A DNA stretch of 64,000 nt from Porphyridium purpureum (taxonomy: Eukaryota), in assembly GCA_008690995.1 (NCBI GenBank), contig VRMN01000003.1, positions 496,001-560,000 on the forward strand. The letters run 5' to 3'. Positions 10,557 through 20,547 of the stretch are shown in pieces; position 1 is the first letter of the stretch, and each line of letters starts with the position of its first letter. Under the pieces are notes generated by a model. That model worked only from the letters and a program-made list of their open reading frames with translations, made no database searches and was not told where the DNA came from. A program made the translations under genes and the position numbers.

Positions 10557-11399
10557 TTAGATCCATTGGACGTTCTTCTTGTACTTGCTCTGGTACCACG
10601 CATGCACCGAATCAAGCACCGCGTCAAAGTCGATGGATTCAATGTCGAGCCCGAGAGACGAGGCCGCGCCCATCAGCTCGGCGAGTCGGACGGCGTACAC
10701 ATTTTTGGTGTGATACGCAGCGAAACAGCACTTGCACGACTTGTCTGGGAACGCGTTCGGGTGAGTCTTCAAGCAAATCTGGTTGCTGCGATGCTTAAGA
10801 ATAAACGACGTGAAGAAAGTGTCCCCTACATCACGAAAATCTCTACGATAATACTCGTGTGTCTTGATAAGCGTTGGACGATTCACGCTTTCTACACTCA
10901 GCTTCAATCTGACCAAGTCAGCTGGCTTGGGTGAATGAATCGTATAAGGATTCAGTCCCAAGTGCGAAAGCAAGTAGTGGATTGAGCGGAGCTGCCAAGT
11001 CGACCCCGAAGTGTATGTACCTGTCTGGACGATCACATTCTGCTTCCGCGCACTCAACCCCCCAGGAATAACTTGCGGACACTCGGTGCGAAGCTCGTCC
11101 AATGTGACTTCGCGCGTCAGCTGACAGTTGAGCGGGTCGGTGCACAGGCTCCGACTGGCTTCGCATGCTCCGATACTAGAATTCGTGAACCAGTCCCCAT
11201 AGTTCACGGAGAGTACGAGATACTTGCCGTTACGTCCGGACCCTCCTCCGTACTTTTGATAAGCTGGCAGGTCTGACGACCGCCGCCCAATGCCGCCCTC
11301 CGGGTTGCCTAGCGCAGTGACATTCTCTGCTGCCGATCGCCAGAGGAGCTGCATGGACACGATGACCACGGTAAAGGATAAAGCGAAGTGCCTGTTCAT
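10557..11399 (-). CDS. Secretory-pathway sulfotransferase-like protein, tandem paralogue 1
   Basis: Signal/anchor peptide; IVQTGTYTSGSTW (5'-PSB-loop-like) and LIKTHE motifs; homologous to 12637-13467 and 14915-15860. Coding status is well supported; function is tentative. Confidence 0.6.
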   Translation of the reverse strand: MNRHFALSFTVVIVSMQLLWRSAAENVTALGNPEGGIGRRSSDLPAYQKYGGGSGRNGKYLVLSVNYGDWFTNSSIGACEASRSLCTDPLNCQLTREVTLDELRTECPQVIPGGLSARKQNVIVQTGTYTSGSTWQLRSIHYLLSHLGLNPYTIHSPKPADLVRLKLSVESVNRPTLIKTHEYYRRDFRDVGDTFFTSFILKHRSNQICLKTHPNAFPDKSCKCCFAAYHTKNVYAVRLAELMGAASSLGLDIESIDFDAVLDSVHAWYQSKYKKNVQWI

Positions 11400-12636
11400 G
11401 CTTCTGACTAGTAGCCGTTGATCTAGAAACGGACAAGGACACGCGCACGCAAGCCACGCAGCTCTACAGCTCGTCCGACATTACTTGATTCCTGTTGGAA
11501 GTTGGTGGAGATGATCGATCGGCTACGGGTTTCCTGAGAAGGCTGCGCCGTGCCATTCACAACGATCGGAATGCGTCACGATCCTGGTCTCTTATCTGTC
11601 TCATCCAGGACCTTCTCGTATGCTGGACTCTCGAAATGTGCGGCGCACGCCGAAATCCGCCCTCTTCATCGTCGATTGACATGAACCTCCGTTAACACAA
11701 GTGCTTACCGAAAGGTAATCTGGGTTTCAGTTAAGGAGGCTATAATGTGAAAGAAGAGGAGCTGCGTGAGGCCTGGTCACCGACCGACCGCTTGTCTGAC
11801 CCAGCTGGTTTGTCCATGGCGGACGGTCAAGCATGTGCGCAACGGCACCTTGCGGACTAGGTCCTTGTGCGCGCCCTGGCAGGGGCATTGTGATGGGGCG
11901 TGGAATGACCAGGGCCGCTACGGAAAGATTGGCCTTCGGCGATGACTCGCTCACACAAAAAGAAGGCTACGGAAGGCTGCGGAGCGGCGGCGACATGACC
12001 GCTTGACGGTACCGTTGTGAACATCTCTGCAGGGTACGTTCAATTGGTCGCTCGCGTTTTGTCGTCGCAAGATGGCCGTGGTTGCTGCCGTGGCGGTGCC
12101 GCCGGGCCTTGTCGTAATTGGCCTGTTTCCGTGGTCAACTAGAGTAAGAATCACTGAGGTTCGACAAGGACATCTCGGGGGTGCCCTGGGAGCCAGCTCA
12201 CGATGAACCAGCGAGACGTGCAGCGGATCGCCAGGATCTGCAGCCGAGAAGCACTGCCGCCCGGTGCGTGCGTGGTCAGTGCCTGGAAGAGGCAGCTTGA
12301 TAAATCATTGGTTAAGACCCATGTGGCTGCGGCTTCTGGCAATGACGCTGCGATGGGCTGGCCCGCTGAGAACCAGGACGCAAAGCATCATCCTGCAAGC
12401 GTGCAGTACAGCGCTCATGCAATCGCCTATTTCATTTTATTAAGACCTGCCGTCTTCAATGTAGGCAAGTCCAAGCCCCAGCCGCGCATGTCCTGCCACT
12501 TGATCTAGTGACGCAACAGCATGCACGCGACACGATAGCTTTCATGATCCTGGTGGCTCTGGGCGGAGTGACGGTCAATCCCGCCAGTGAAAGAAAGCAG
12601 GCTCAAATGAGCAGCACTGGATGAGCACAGATCGCC

Positions 12637-13467
12637 CTAGACCCATTTGACGCCCTTAAGATATTTGCCTTTGTACCACGCATGCACCGAATCAAGCACC
12701 GCGTCAAAGTCTATGGATTCAATATCAAGCCCGAGGGACGAAGCCGCGCCCATCAGCTCGGCGAGTCGGACTGCGTACACATTTTTGGTGTGCCAAGCAG
12801 CAAAACAGCACTTGCATGACTTGTCTGGGAACGCATTTGGATGAGTCTTGGCGCAAATTTGATTGTTTCGATGCCTGAGATCAAACGAGGTAAAGAAAAC
12901 GTCGCCGACATCGGCAAACTCTCTTCGATAAAATTCATGCGTCTTGTAGACCGTCGGCTGCATTCGATTATTGGCTTCTTGCTTCAATCTGGTAAGATTA
13001 CTCCCTTTCGCTGCGTGAAAAGTGAAAGGGTTCATACGCTTGTGCGCCAGTAAGAAGACCAGCGAACGGAGCTGCCAAGTCGATCCCGTGCCTCCTGCAG
13101 CTGTTTGGACAATCACAGTCTGCTTCTTCTCACTTACACCTCCAGGAATAATTTGCGGGCACTCGGCGCGAAGCTCGTCCAGCGAGACCTCGCGCGTGAG
13201 CTGACACGTGAGCGGGTCCGTACACAGGCTTCGACTGGCTTCGCACGCTCCGTCAGTGGCATTCGTAAACCAGTCTCCATAGTTTATGGAAAGCACGAGG
13301 TACTTGCCGTTGCGTCCGAACACTCCTCCGTACTTTTGATACGCTGGCGGCTTGGGGGTCGACGGCGCATCTGTGCCGGCGAGGATGCTGAGCGCCGGGA
13401 CATCCGCTGCCACAGCAAGCAGAAGGAGCTGCACAAATACGATACCTAGAACAAAAAGCTTGCTCAT
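12637..13467 (-). CDS. Secretory-pathway sulfotransferase-like protein, tandem paralogue 2
   Basis: Signal peptide; IVQTAAGGTGSTW and VYKTHE; clear paralogue of copies 1 and 3. Confidence 0.6.
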   Translation of the reverse strand: MSKLFVLGIVFVQLLLLAVAADVPALSILAGTDAPSTPKPPAYQKYGGVFGRNGKYLVLSINYGDWFTNATDGACEASRSLCTDPLTCQLTREVSLDELRAECPQIIPGGVSEKKQTVIVQTAAGGTGSTWQLRSLVFLLAHKRMNPFTFHAAKGSNLTRLKQEANNRMQPTVYKTHEFYRREFADVGDVFFTSFDLRHRNNQICAKTHPNAFPDKSCKCCFAAWHTKNVYAVRLAELMGAASSLGLDIESIDFDAVLDSVHAWYKGKYLKGVKWV

Positions 13468-14914
13468 CTTGCTGTTCGTTACACCCAGCTATGACAGCGA
13501 AAAGGGGGCCTGCGCTTCGTTGGATAGAGCAGCGTGTGAGTGCGAGCGTGTAAACTCGCCGCAGCTGCTCAGAAGCCATACCATAATGAAACGATCATTT
13601 CTCCTATGCACTGTTTACGACGAGCGTGGCCATGTTCTACTACAAGCTCGGCTTCAATGCTGTCCAGTGCGGCGGTGTCGGTACACGTTGCGGACACAGG
13701 CCGAAAACGCGCAGCAGCGCAAAAATTGTGGGAGCGAGCAGGCTGGCGGTTGCTTTTTTGTTTGTTTTCTTTTTTCTTTGGACGTCATGTCAACATACCA
13801 TTGATCACGCCATACTGTTTGCTGTGTGCACGAGCGGCTCGGGCACGCAAGCGGTTTGTCAAAACGCCGGCGCATCCGCGAAACCGAGTTCATTGATGTC
13901 TGTCTTGGCAACAGGCGCGCCGGAAGCAGAGCACCCTACGAAGTTTTCGCACTGTTCCTTGCGCCGGACACATGTGTTCTCGGAAAGGCCGACGAAGCGC
14001 GTTCCCTTCACAAAGCTCGGACACTTGGCGCTATGAGCCAGGCCAGGTGGCATTCATGGCATGGTGAAGGCTCGTGCGCCCTGTTGGTTCCTAGACACAT
14101 GCTCATGACCGGTTCAAGGAGCGGCTTCACCGACGAACGGCGTATTTGAGAGCGCTTTGATGTCAGGATATACATAGGATAAATTTACTTGACCCGTTCA
14201 AAACGTTTTATGAAGCAACATCAAGGCATGCGCGCCCAGATAAAGCTCAGTTTGTTTTTTTCCACCTGACGTACTCACTCACATGGTGTCGCAAGTTGAC
14301 GAGGAAGGACCGGTGTTTGCGGTTTACGTGTTTCACGAGTTATTGACGCGTTCTTTCGACAAAGCATGAGTGGGAAACGATCCGATAAGCAGAGAATGCA
14401 CATTCGCAAATCCGGCCGGCTACAATGGAAGAAGAAAAAAGTGCGTCTGACAAAACGCCCACGTTTGAAACGCTAATCGTGACCACCCTAAATCACCTCT
14501 GGTGAATGCCAGACGCGGAACCAAACATGAACTCTGTGCCTCTCGAGAAGTCTAGTACATTAGCGGCCATCACTTTCGGTTCAACAGCATGCGGAAGGTG
14601 ATCATGAAGCGCCCGAGTATTTGCGAGTGTGCGGCGGGAAGATTTGGACGTCTCTCGTTTAAGCCGCTAAGGGTTGGCGCTTCTTCAATGGAAGCTGTCA
14701 CATACCAAGTCCACAAGCTAGACTCACACGAACCGCGCTTATCGGTTTACTCAACGTCTCTGAATCCACGGATGTACCGAGACAGGCTGAGCAGCAGACG
14801 CAGCCGAAGATGCTCCGAAGTACACGGCTTGCGCCTAGTCACTGGCAGGCGGACTCGAATATGGACGGCGAGAGTGCACGTATCTGGCATTGGCGGGTAT
14901 GACGGGGGGCCACA

Positions 14915-15860
14915 CTAGATCCAATTGACATTTTTGTGGTACTTGGAGCAGTACCAGCCTTGGATATCTGCGAGCACGCCGTCAAAATCAATAGATTCTG
15001 GAGCAGTACCAGCCTTGGATATCTGCGAGCACGCCGTCAAATCAATAGATTCTGGAGCAGTACCAGCCTTGGATATCTGCGAGCACGCCGTCAAAATCAA
15101 TAGATTCAATGTCGAGTCCGAGAGACGAGGCCGCGCCCATGAGTTCGACTAGCCGGACTGTGTACAAGTTTTTGGTGTGCCAAGCAGCAAAACAGCACTT
15201 GCATGACCTGCGTGGGAATACATGAGGGTGAGTCTTTGCGCAACTTTGATGGTTTCGATGCCTGAGATCAAATGAGGTGAAGAAGGCATCCCCGACGTCA
15301 CCGATCGCCTTGCGATAAAAATCGTGTGTTCGGTAAACTTAGACCGTCACTCCTTTCCCATGACGCGCGTTTTGCTTCAACCTGCTGAGATCACCTTGCT
15401 CGCGCGCGTGCAAGGTGTGAGGCTCGAGACTCGCATGCAACAGCAAGATGAGGATCGAACGGAGCTGCCAAGTCGACCCCGTGCCTCCCGCAGCTGTCTG
15501 GACGATCACATTCTGCTTCTGCGTATTCAGACCCCCAGGAATAGCTGGCGGACACTCGGCGCGAAGCTCGTCCAGCGAGACTTCGCGCGTTAGCTGGCAT
15601 GTGAGCGGGTCAGTGCACAGGTTTCGACTGGCTTTGCATGCTCCGTCAGTAGTTTTCGTAAACCAGTCCCCATAGTTTATGGAAAGCACGAGGTACTTGC
15701 CGTTACGTCCGGAGCCTCCTCCGTACTTTTGATATGCGGGAAGTTCCGTGGCCGACGGCACGTCCATGCCGTGACGAACGTCTTTTCCTGCGACATCGTG
15801 GACGAGCGTCGACAGCAGGAGCAGGGCGTTCATGAATCCGAAAATGAAGAGCATGCCCAT
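14915..15860 (-). pseudogene. Disrupted third paralogue of the sulfotransferase-like family
   Basis: In-frame TAA at 15339-15341; homology resumes in the same frame (VYRTHDFY...SCKCCFAAWHTKN...LGLDIESIDFD). A 3x ~55-bp tandem amplification then gives TGA at 15042 and displaces the ancestral C-terminus (SKYHKNVNWI*, ending 14915). Confidence 0.8.
14944..15107. repeat. Tandem repeat, three copies of 55/54/55 bp
   Basis: Unit tggagcagtaccagccttggatatctgcgagcacgccgtcaaaatcaatagattc starts at 14944, 14999 (one A missing) and 15053. Confidence 0.95.
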
Positions 15861-16268
15861 GTTGAGAACCAGAACACGTCACTCTGAGAAACGAGGCGGT
15901 TGATACCGTAGCTGAGTAGCCAGCCCCTTTGCCAAAGGCTTGCTGTCCACCAAGGTCATGCCGAAGATGGGGACATGATAACAGAAAGCTCAGGCCCTCA
16001 TATACCCACCATATGAGCGCGCACTGACAAATCCGAAACGAAGAAAGTCAGCACGTCTCCGCGGAGGACGCGGGACAGGTCCGCGTGAGCAGCCGTCGCC
16101 CGTCGCATGCGTGGAGACCGCCTGCCAACCTTCAAAGTGAGGAAACTGGCAACTCGTGCGAGACCAATAAACCGAATTTGCGCCGCATTCGGAGAACCGC
16201 GGATCTCCCATAATTGTCGAACTCGAGCTCGCAAAAAGACAATTAGAGCGGCAGAGTCGGGACGCAAT

Positions 16269-17474
16269 ATGGCGTGCTGGATACAATCGACTCCCATTGG
16301 AAGCAAGCATGCGCCGGCAGAAGCACGCGGTGCGTGCGCGCTCGGTGCAGGGTTTACGGGCGTGTTGCAGCGTCGGGCACGCGTGCGAGCACCGACGTGT
16401 CGAAGCGCACGTGTGATCTCGATGGATCAACCGGGCCAAGGCATTTATGATCCGGCGACGCGGCCGCAGGATGTGAACGTGGTAGTTTTCGGGAGCACAG
16501 GATACATCGGAAAGTATGTGACGAAGGAGTTCATCAAGCAAGGCTATCGCGTGACTGCGTTTGCGCGGCCTTCGTCCGGGATCGGTGGCAAGAAGACCAT
16601 GCAAGACGTCCGCGACGACTTCGAAGGTGGGGACGTGCGATTCGGCGACGTCACTGATTTAGAATCGGTTAAGGCTGCATTTGAAAACCTGCCGGACGCA
16701 AAGTCAACAATTGTGGTATCGTGCCTGGCGTCTCGTGGTGGTGGAATCAAGGATTCAAACTTGATAGACTACCAGGCCACATTGAACACTCTGCGTGCCG
16801 GCCGGGAGGCAGGTGCTTCCCACTTTATTCTCCTGTCGGCAATTTGCGTGCAAAAACCGCTGCTTGAGTTTCAGCGCGCCAAGCTCAAGTTTGAAGCCGA
16901 GCTCTCAAAGGAGGCAGAGCGAGACCAGGACTTCAGTTTTAGCATCGTGCGCCCGACTGCGTTTTTCAAGTCGCTCGCAGGGCAATTTGAGCGCCTTGGT
17001 CAGGGTAACGCATACATTTATTTTGGCGATGGGAAGCTGTGCAAATGCAACGCGATTTCGGAGTCAGACCTTGCGAAGTTCATGGTGCTATGTGCGCATC
17101 AGGAGGAAAAGAGAAACTCGATTCTTCCAGTCGGCGGACCAGGCGAGCCCGTGACTCCGCTAGAACAAGCAGAGCTGCAGTTTGCACTCCTTGGCAAGAA
17201 GCCAAAGTACTCATCTGCACCTATTGCTCTTTTTGACGTGATTATCAACGTGCTCGACACGATGGGTAGGCTGATTCCTCCCCTTCGCGAAGCGGCTGAG
17301 TTTGGCCGGATCGGGAAGTATTATGCAACGGAGGATATGGTTGGCCCATCCTTCGGCGAAGACACGCTGGAAGCCTTCTTCGTCCAGGCGCGCGATGGGG
17401 GCCTCAGTGGCCAGGAGCTTGGCGATGCGTCCATTTTTAATCGCAAGGAGCAGATGTCGGCTGGGAAAAAGTAG
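16269..17474 (+). CDS. DVR: NADPH-dependent divinyl (proto)chlorophyllide a 8-vinyl reductase (BciA/PCB2 type), plastid-targeted
   Basis: GSTGYIG, VVSCLASR, IDYQATLN, LLSAICVQKPLLEFQRAKLKFE, IVRPTAFFKSL, AEFGRIGKYYATE. Likely start is ATG 16269. Confidence 0.92.
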   Translation: MACWIQSTPIGSKHAPAEARGACALGAGFTGVLQRRARVRAPTCRSARVISMDQPGQGIYDPATRPQDVNVVVFGSTGYIGKYVTKEFIKQGYRVTAFARPSSGIGGKKTMQDVRDDFEGGDVRFGDVTDLESVKAAFENLPDAKSTIVVSCLASRGGGIKDSNLIDYQATLNTLRAGREAGASHFILLSAICVQKPLLEFQRAKLKFEAELSKEAERDQDFSFSIVRPTAFFKSLAGQFERLGQGNAYIYFGDGKLCKCNAISESDLAKFMVLCAHQEEKRNSILPVGGPGEPVTPLEQAELQFALLGKKPKYSSAPIALFDVIINVLDTMGRLIPPLREAAEFGRIGKYYATEDMVGPSFGEDTLEAFFVQARDGGLSGQELGDASIFNRKEQMSAGKK

Positions 17475-17586
17475 ACAGGGTAGACTAGCGGAGAGTGCGA
17501 GAGTGTCTTCCTCATGATGCTGTGACTAGCTTACCGCTGACGAAGCTGTGCCTAACTTTTGAGAGCTATGGCTGTCCTGGCGAAAT

Positions 17587-18753
17587 CTAATTTGCACCTT
17601 CGCAATGTTGTAACCAACGATCGAGTTTCTCGTTAAACTCGGCCGGGTTTTCGTCATGTGGACAGTGACCGGCCTGAATTGGAATAAAGCAATCATCTCT
17701 CTCCAACATGAGGAGCATTTTCTCGGCTCGCTCACTCGTGATCCATGGGTCCAGAACGCCCCACAAGAGAACGACTGGAATCTTACACTCACGAATTCGG
17801 CTGATCAAGTTATTCACATTCACACCTGTGCGCATGGCGCGGCCTCCAATTGCCGTCCGATAAAAGACCTCGAAGGCATTTGGCGTCATAGCGGCCTCAT
17901 AGATAAACTCCACAATGTCGTCGTCCACTCGCGACTTATCGCTCGGGTACACCTGCTCGAGCACCTTACGAATGCGCTCCTTTCGACGAAACGCCAGGAA
18001 GCCAGCCAGACTCGCTCCACGTGCAAAAATATCCGTGAACAATTCCCACACCGTCTCCTTACTGAACGGGTCCTTTTCAAAAGGATCTGCGTCTTTTGGA
18101 TCCCAGCTCACGTCTTGCACGTCCTCCGGTGCCACAATCGGGCCTGCTGCGTTTACCAGAGCAAGGCCTTTGACGCGCTCCGGATAGTACGCAGCCACAT
18201 TCAAAACTGAGTATCCACCTAGCGAGTTGCCAGCAAGATAGACTTGCTCCTCTGGCATCACCTGCTCGATGAAGTCACTTAGCTGCTGCATCCACACAAA
18301 TGCGCCGTGTGTGGAAAATCCTTCTGGAATAGACGGCTTGGCGCTAAGACCAAAGCCGAGGAGATCAATGGCAAAGACGCGATACCCTCGATCGGCGAGC
18401 ACGGGCGCATTGAAACGCCAGTGGTCAGCGCTAGCTCCGAATCCATGAACGAGCAAAACGCACGGGCCCGTATTGGACTCGCCTAGTGCTGCATACCGAA
18501 CTTTGTGGCCGCGCCAAGTCCACTCCTTGCGCCACTGGCGCGGATCCCGGTGGAGGGACACTGTCGTTTCTTCATTCGTCAGCAGTGACGTCTCCAGCGA
18601 CATTGTCACCGTGGCGGTACCGCACTGAAGAGTTCGAGTCCCTCGACGCCTCGCAGCCCGCGCGGATGCCGCGTTTACATCGCACAACCGCCGAGTCTGG
18701 CCATCCACGCCCGACTCCGTCCTGAATGCATGCCCACTCACCACGAAGCCCAT
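17587..18753 (-). CDS. Plastid-targeted alpha/beta hydrolase, pheophytinase-like family
   Basis: MGFV transit peptide; LLVHGFGAS..HWR, DLLGFGLS, nucleophile GNSLGG, WG..DPW, AGHCPHDE. Likely start 18753. Confidence 0.8.
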   Translation of the reverse strand: MGFVVSGHAFRTESGVDGQTRRLCDVNAASARAARRRGTRTLQCGTATVTMSLETSLLTNEETTVSLHRDPRQWRKEWTWRGHKVRYAALGESNTGPCVLLVHGFGASADHWRFNAPVLADRGYRVFAIDLLGFGLSAKPSIPEGFSTHGAFVWMQQLSDFIEQVMPEEQVYLAGNSLGGYSVLNVAAYYPERVKGLALVNAAGPIVAPEDVQDVSWDPKDADPFEKDPFSKETVWELFTDIFARGASLAGFLAFRRKERIRKVLEQVYPSDKSRVDDDIVEFIYEAAMTPNAFEVFYRTAIGGRAMRTGVNVNNLISRIRECKIPVVLLWGVLDPWITSERAEKMLLMLERDDCFIPIQAGHCPHDENPAEFNEKLDRWLQHCEGAN

Positions 18754-19055
18754 TCTCCACCGCCACCAAGGCCACAGTCGGTAGCAGCTGTCGAAAATAA
18801 GGACGAACGTGCCAGAAAGAGGTGAACGTGCGACGCCTGTCGACACGTGCGGCCGTGGATACCTTCTGCGCTGCTCAGATCGATGCCGTTCGCGCTCTCT
18901 CACGCGCAGTATAACCTCCACTTCGTCTGTCAAGGCGGTTTCATGCTCCAACCGGTTCACACCGGTTGAATTTGTGGAAACAGAATTCGAAGCCGATAAG
19001 CCACAGTGCGCGGAAATGTTTTGGGGCGGGAGCATGCACGCCGACAGAGTCGGTG

Positions 19056-20399
19056 ATGTGTGCCGCTTTTGCGCAGCTGCTTGTCGATTATGGCGGGAAG
19101 CCCGACTTGAGGACCCGACGAGTTGCGAAATTAAGATGCGCTAGTGTGGATTCCACCTCTCCAGTGCCGAAGTACGTGCAAAGGGGAGGTTGTCTGTACG
19201 TTGTTCCGTATGAGATTTTCCGCGTGCTGAACGTCAAGGAAAGATGGAGTACGGAGCCGATTGCGCAGGTTCTCGCCCGTGAACTGGTAGGGACAAGTCT
19301 AGAGGAGTGGAATACATTTTTTGCGAGCGGTTTGATCCGTGAATGGCGCGGGAGGGACGAAGAGGGCGCGGTCCGTCGCGATCGCCACACATCTTTGTCT
19401 TCCTTTCAGCTCATGCCGGCTGTATCACCGCGTGCTGTACTTACGCAAGGAACGCGCCTCATTCATCGATACCACGCCCACGAACGGCCGGTAAGATTTC
19501 CAACGCAGGTCAGTACCAGTGATCAACGTCATCAAGCATGTGGAGGAATTGTCAGCCTCCTCGGGATCAATGAGCGCGCTGGTGTCGCCGCCGTGACGAA
19601 GCTAGCAAACGTACCGGTCACACCTTGCGGACTTTATAATTATAATTCCGTGCTGGCATTATTACGTGTGTTTGTGCCGGAACTCGGCAGCTACAATTCG
19701 CCACACCCCGTACACCGTCTTGATGGCCCCGTGACGGGCGTTTGCCTCTTTGCTCTGTCTGAAAAGGCCGCTTCACAGCTCACGGAGAAGTTCAGAGCCA
19801 GGCGCATTCGAAAGATGTATCTTGCTGAGACAGCAGGATTCTTTGACCACGAAGAAACTGTGTGTGACGCGCCCCTAAGCGTCCAAACGCAAGTCGATTT
19901 CATTTCTGGCAGGCGGCACAGGATCGGTGTCGTTGACTTTCAGAATGGGTCTCACGCGTCAACTCATATCCGACGCCTTCTTCGCTACAAAACAGACCAT
20001 GGTGAAGCGCGCTCGCTTTTATTGGTTGAGCCTCGGACTGGGCGCACCCATCAAATTCGGTGTCATCTTGCTCACTTGGGGTTCCCGATTGTAAAGGATA
20101 CGCGCTTTGAGTACAAGAGTGCCCGTGGTCCGCTGCCAGGGGTCTTACCTTCAGCAACTTTCGAAGAGGAAACAATGTCAAGAGAAACAATGCACTTAGA
20201 ACTTGCCACCGGTAGCGCGCTCCTGTGTCCGCATTGTCCACGTCTAGGTGTTAAGGACCGAAGCTTTGCAAATGACGCATCTGCAATACACTTGCATGCG
20301 CATCGCTACTGGGATATAGATGGTAGTCTAGACTTCACCGCAGAGCTGCCAAGTTGGATGAGCGGCTTCGAAGAGAGTTTAGAGGGGCGACATCTCTAG
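19056..20399 (+). CDS. RluA-family RNA pseudouridine synthase
   Basis: HAHERPV, catalytic HRLDGPVTG, KMYLA, TGRTHQIRCHLAHLGFPIVKD, IHLHA. Start uncertain; first ATG is 19056. Confidence 0.9.
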   Translation: MCAAFAQLLVDYGGKPDLRTRRVAKLRCASVDSTSPVPKYVQRGGCLYVVPYEIFRVLNVKERWSTEPIAQVLARELVGTSLEEWNTFFASGLIREWRGRDEEGAVRRDRHTSLSSFQLMPAVSPRAVLTQGTRLIHRYHAHERPVRFPTQVSTSDQRHQACGGIVSLLGINERAGVAAVTKLANVPVTPCGLYNYNSVLALLRVFVPELGSYNSPHPVHRLDGPVTGVCLFALSEKAASQLTEKFRARRIRKMYLAETAGFFDHEETVCDAPLSVQTQVDFISGRRHRIGVVDFQNGSHASTHIRRLLRYKTDHGEARSLLLVEPRTGRTHQIRCHLAHLGFPIVKDTRFEYKSARGPLPGVLPSATFEEETMSRETMHLELATGSALLCPHCPRLGVKDRSFANDASAIHLHAHRYWDIDGSLDFTAELPSWMSGFEESLEGRHL

Positions 20400-20547
20400 G
20401 CTTGAACCCTGAGGGTGAAATTGGCACGAGACTACGGAAGCATCATGATTTGAATAGTCCATAGCTTAAATATCCCAATAAGTAGAAAAGCGACCGGAGT
20501 GGTGCTGTACAGAAAACATTTCGCAGCACTTTCTGTCGCCTAGCTCG

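Noticed and set aside
14944..15107. Possible CRISPR array
   Set aside because: Contiguous tandem units with no spacers, derived from coding sequence, in a eukaryotic context.
15339..15341. Programmed readthrough or selenocysteine at the internal stop
   Set aside because: The codon is TAA, it lies in an insertion relative to the paralogues, and a second lesion exists downstream.
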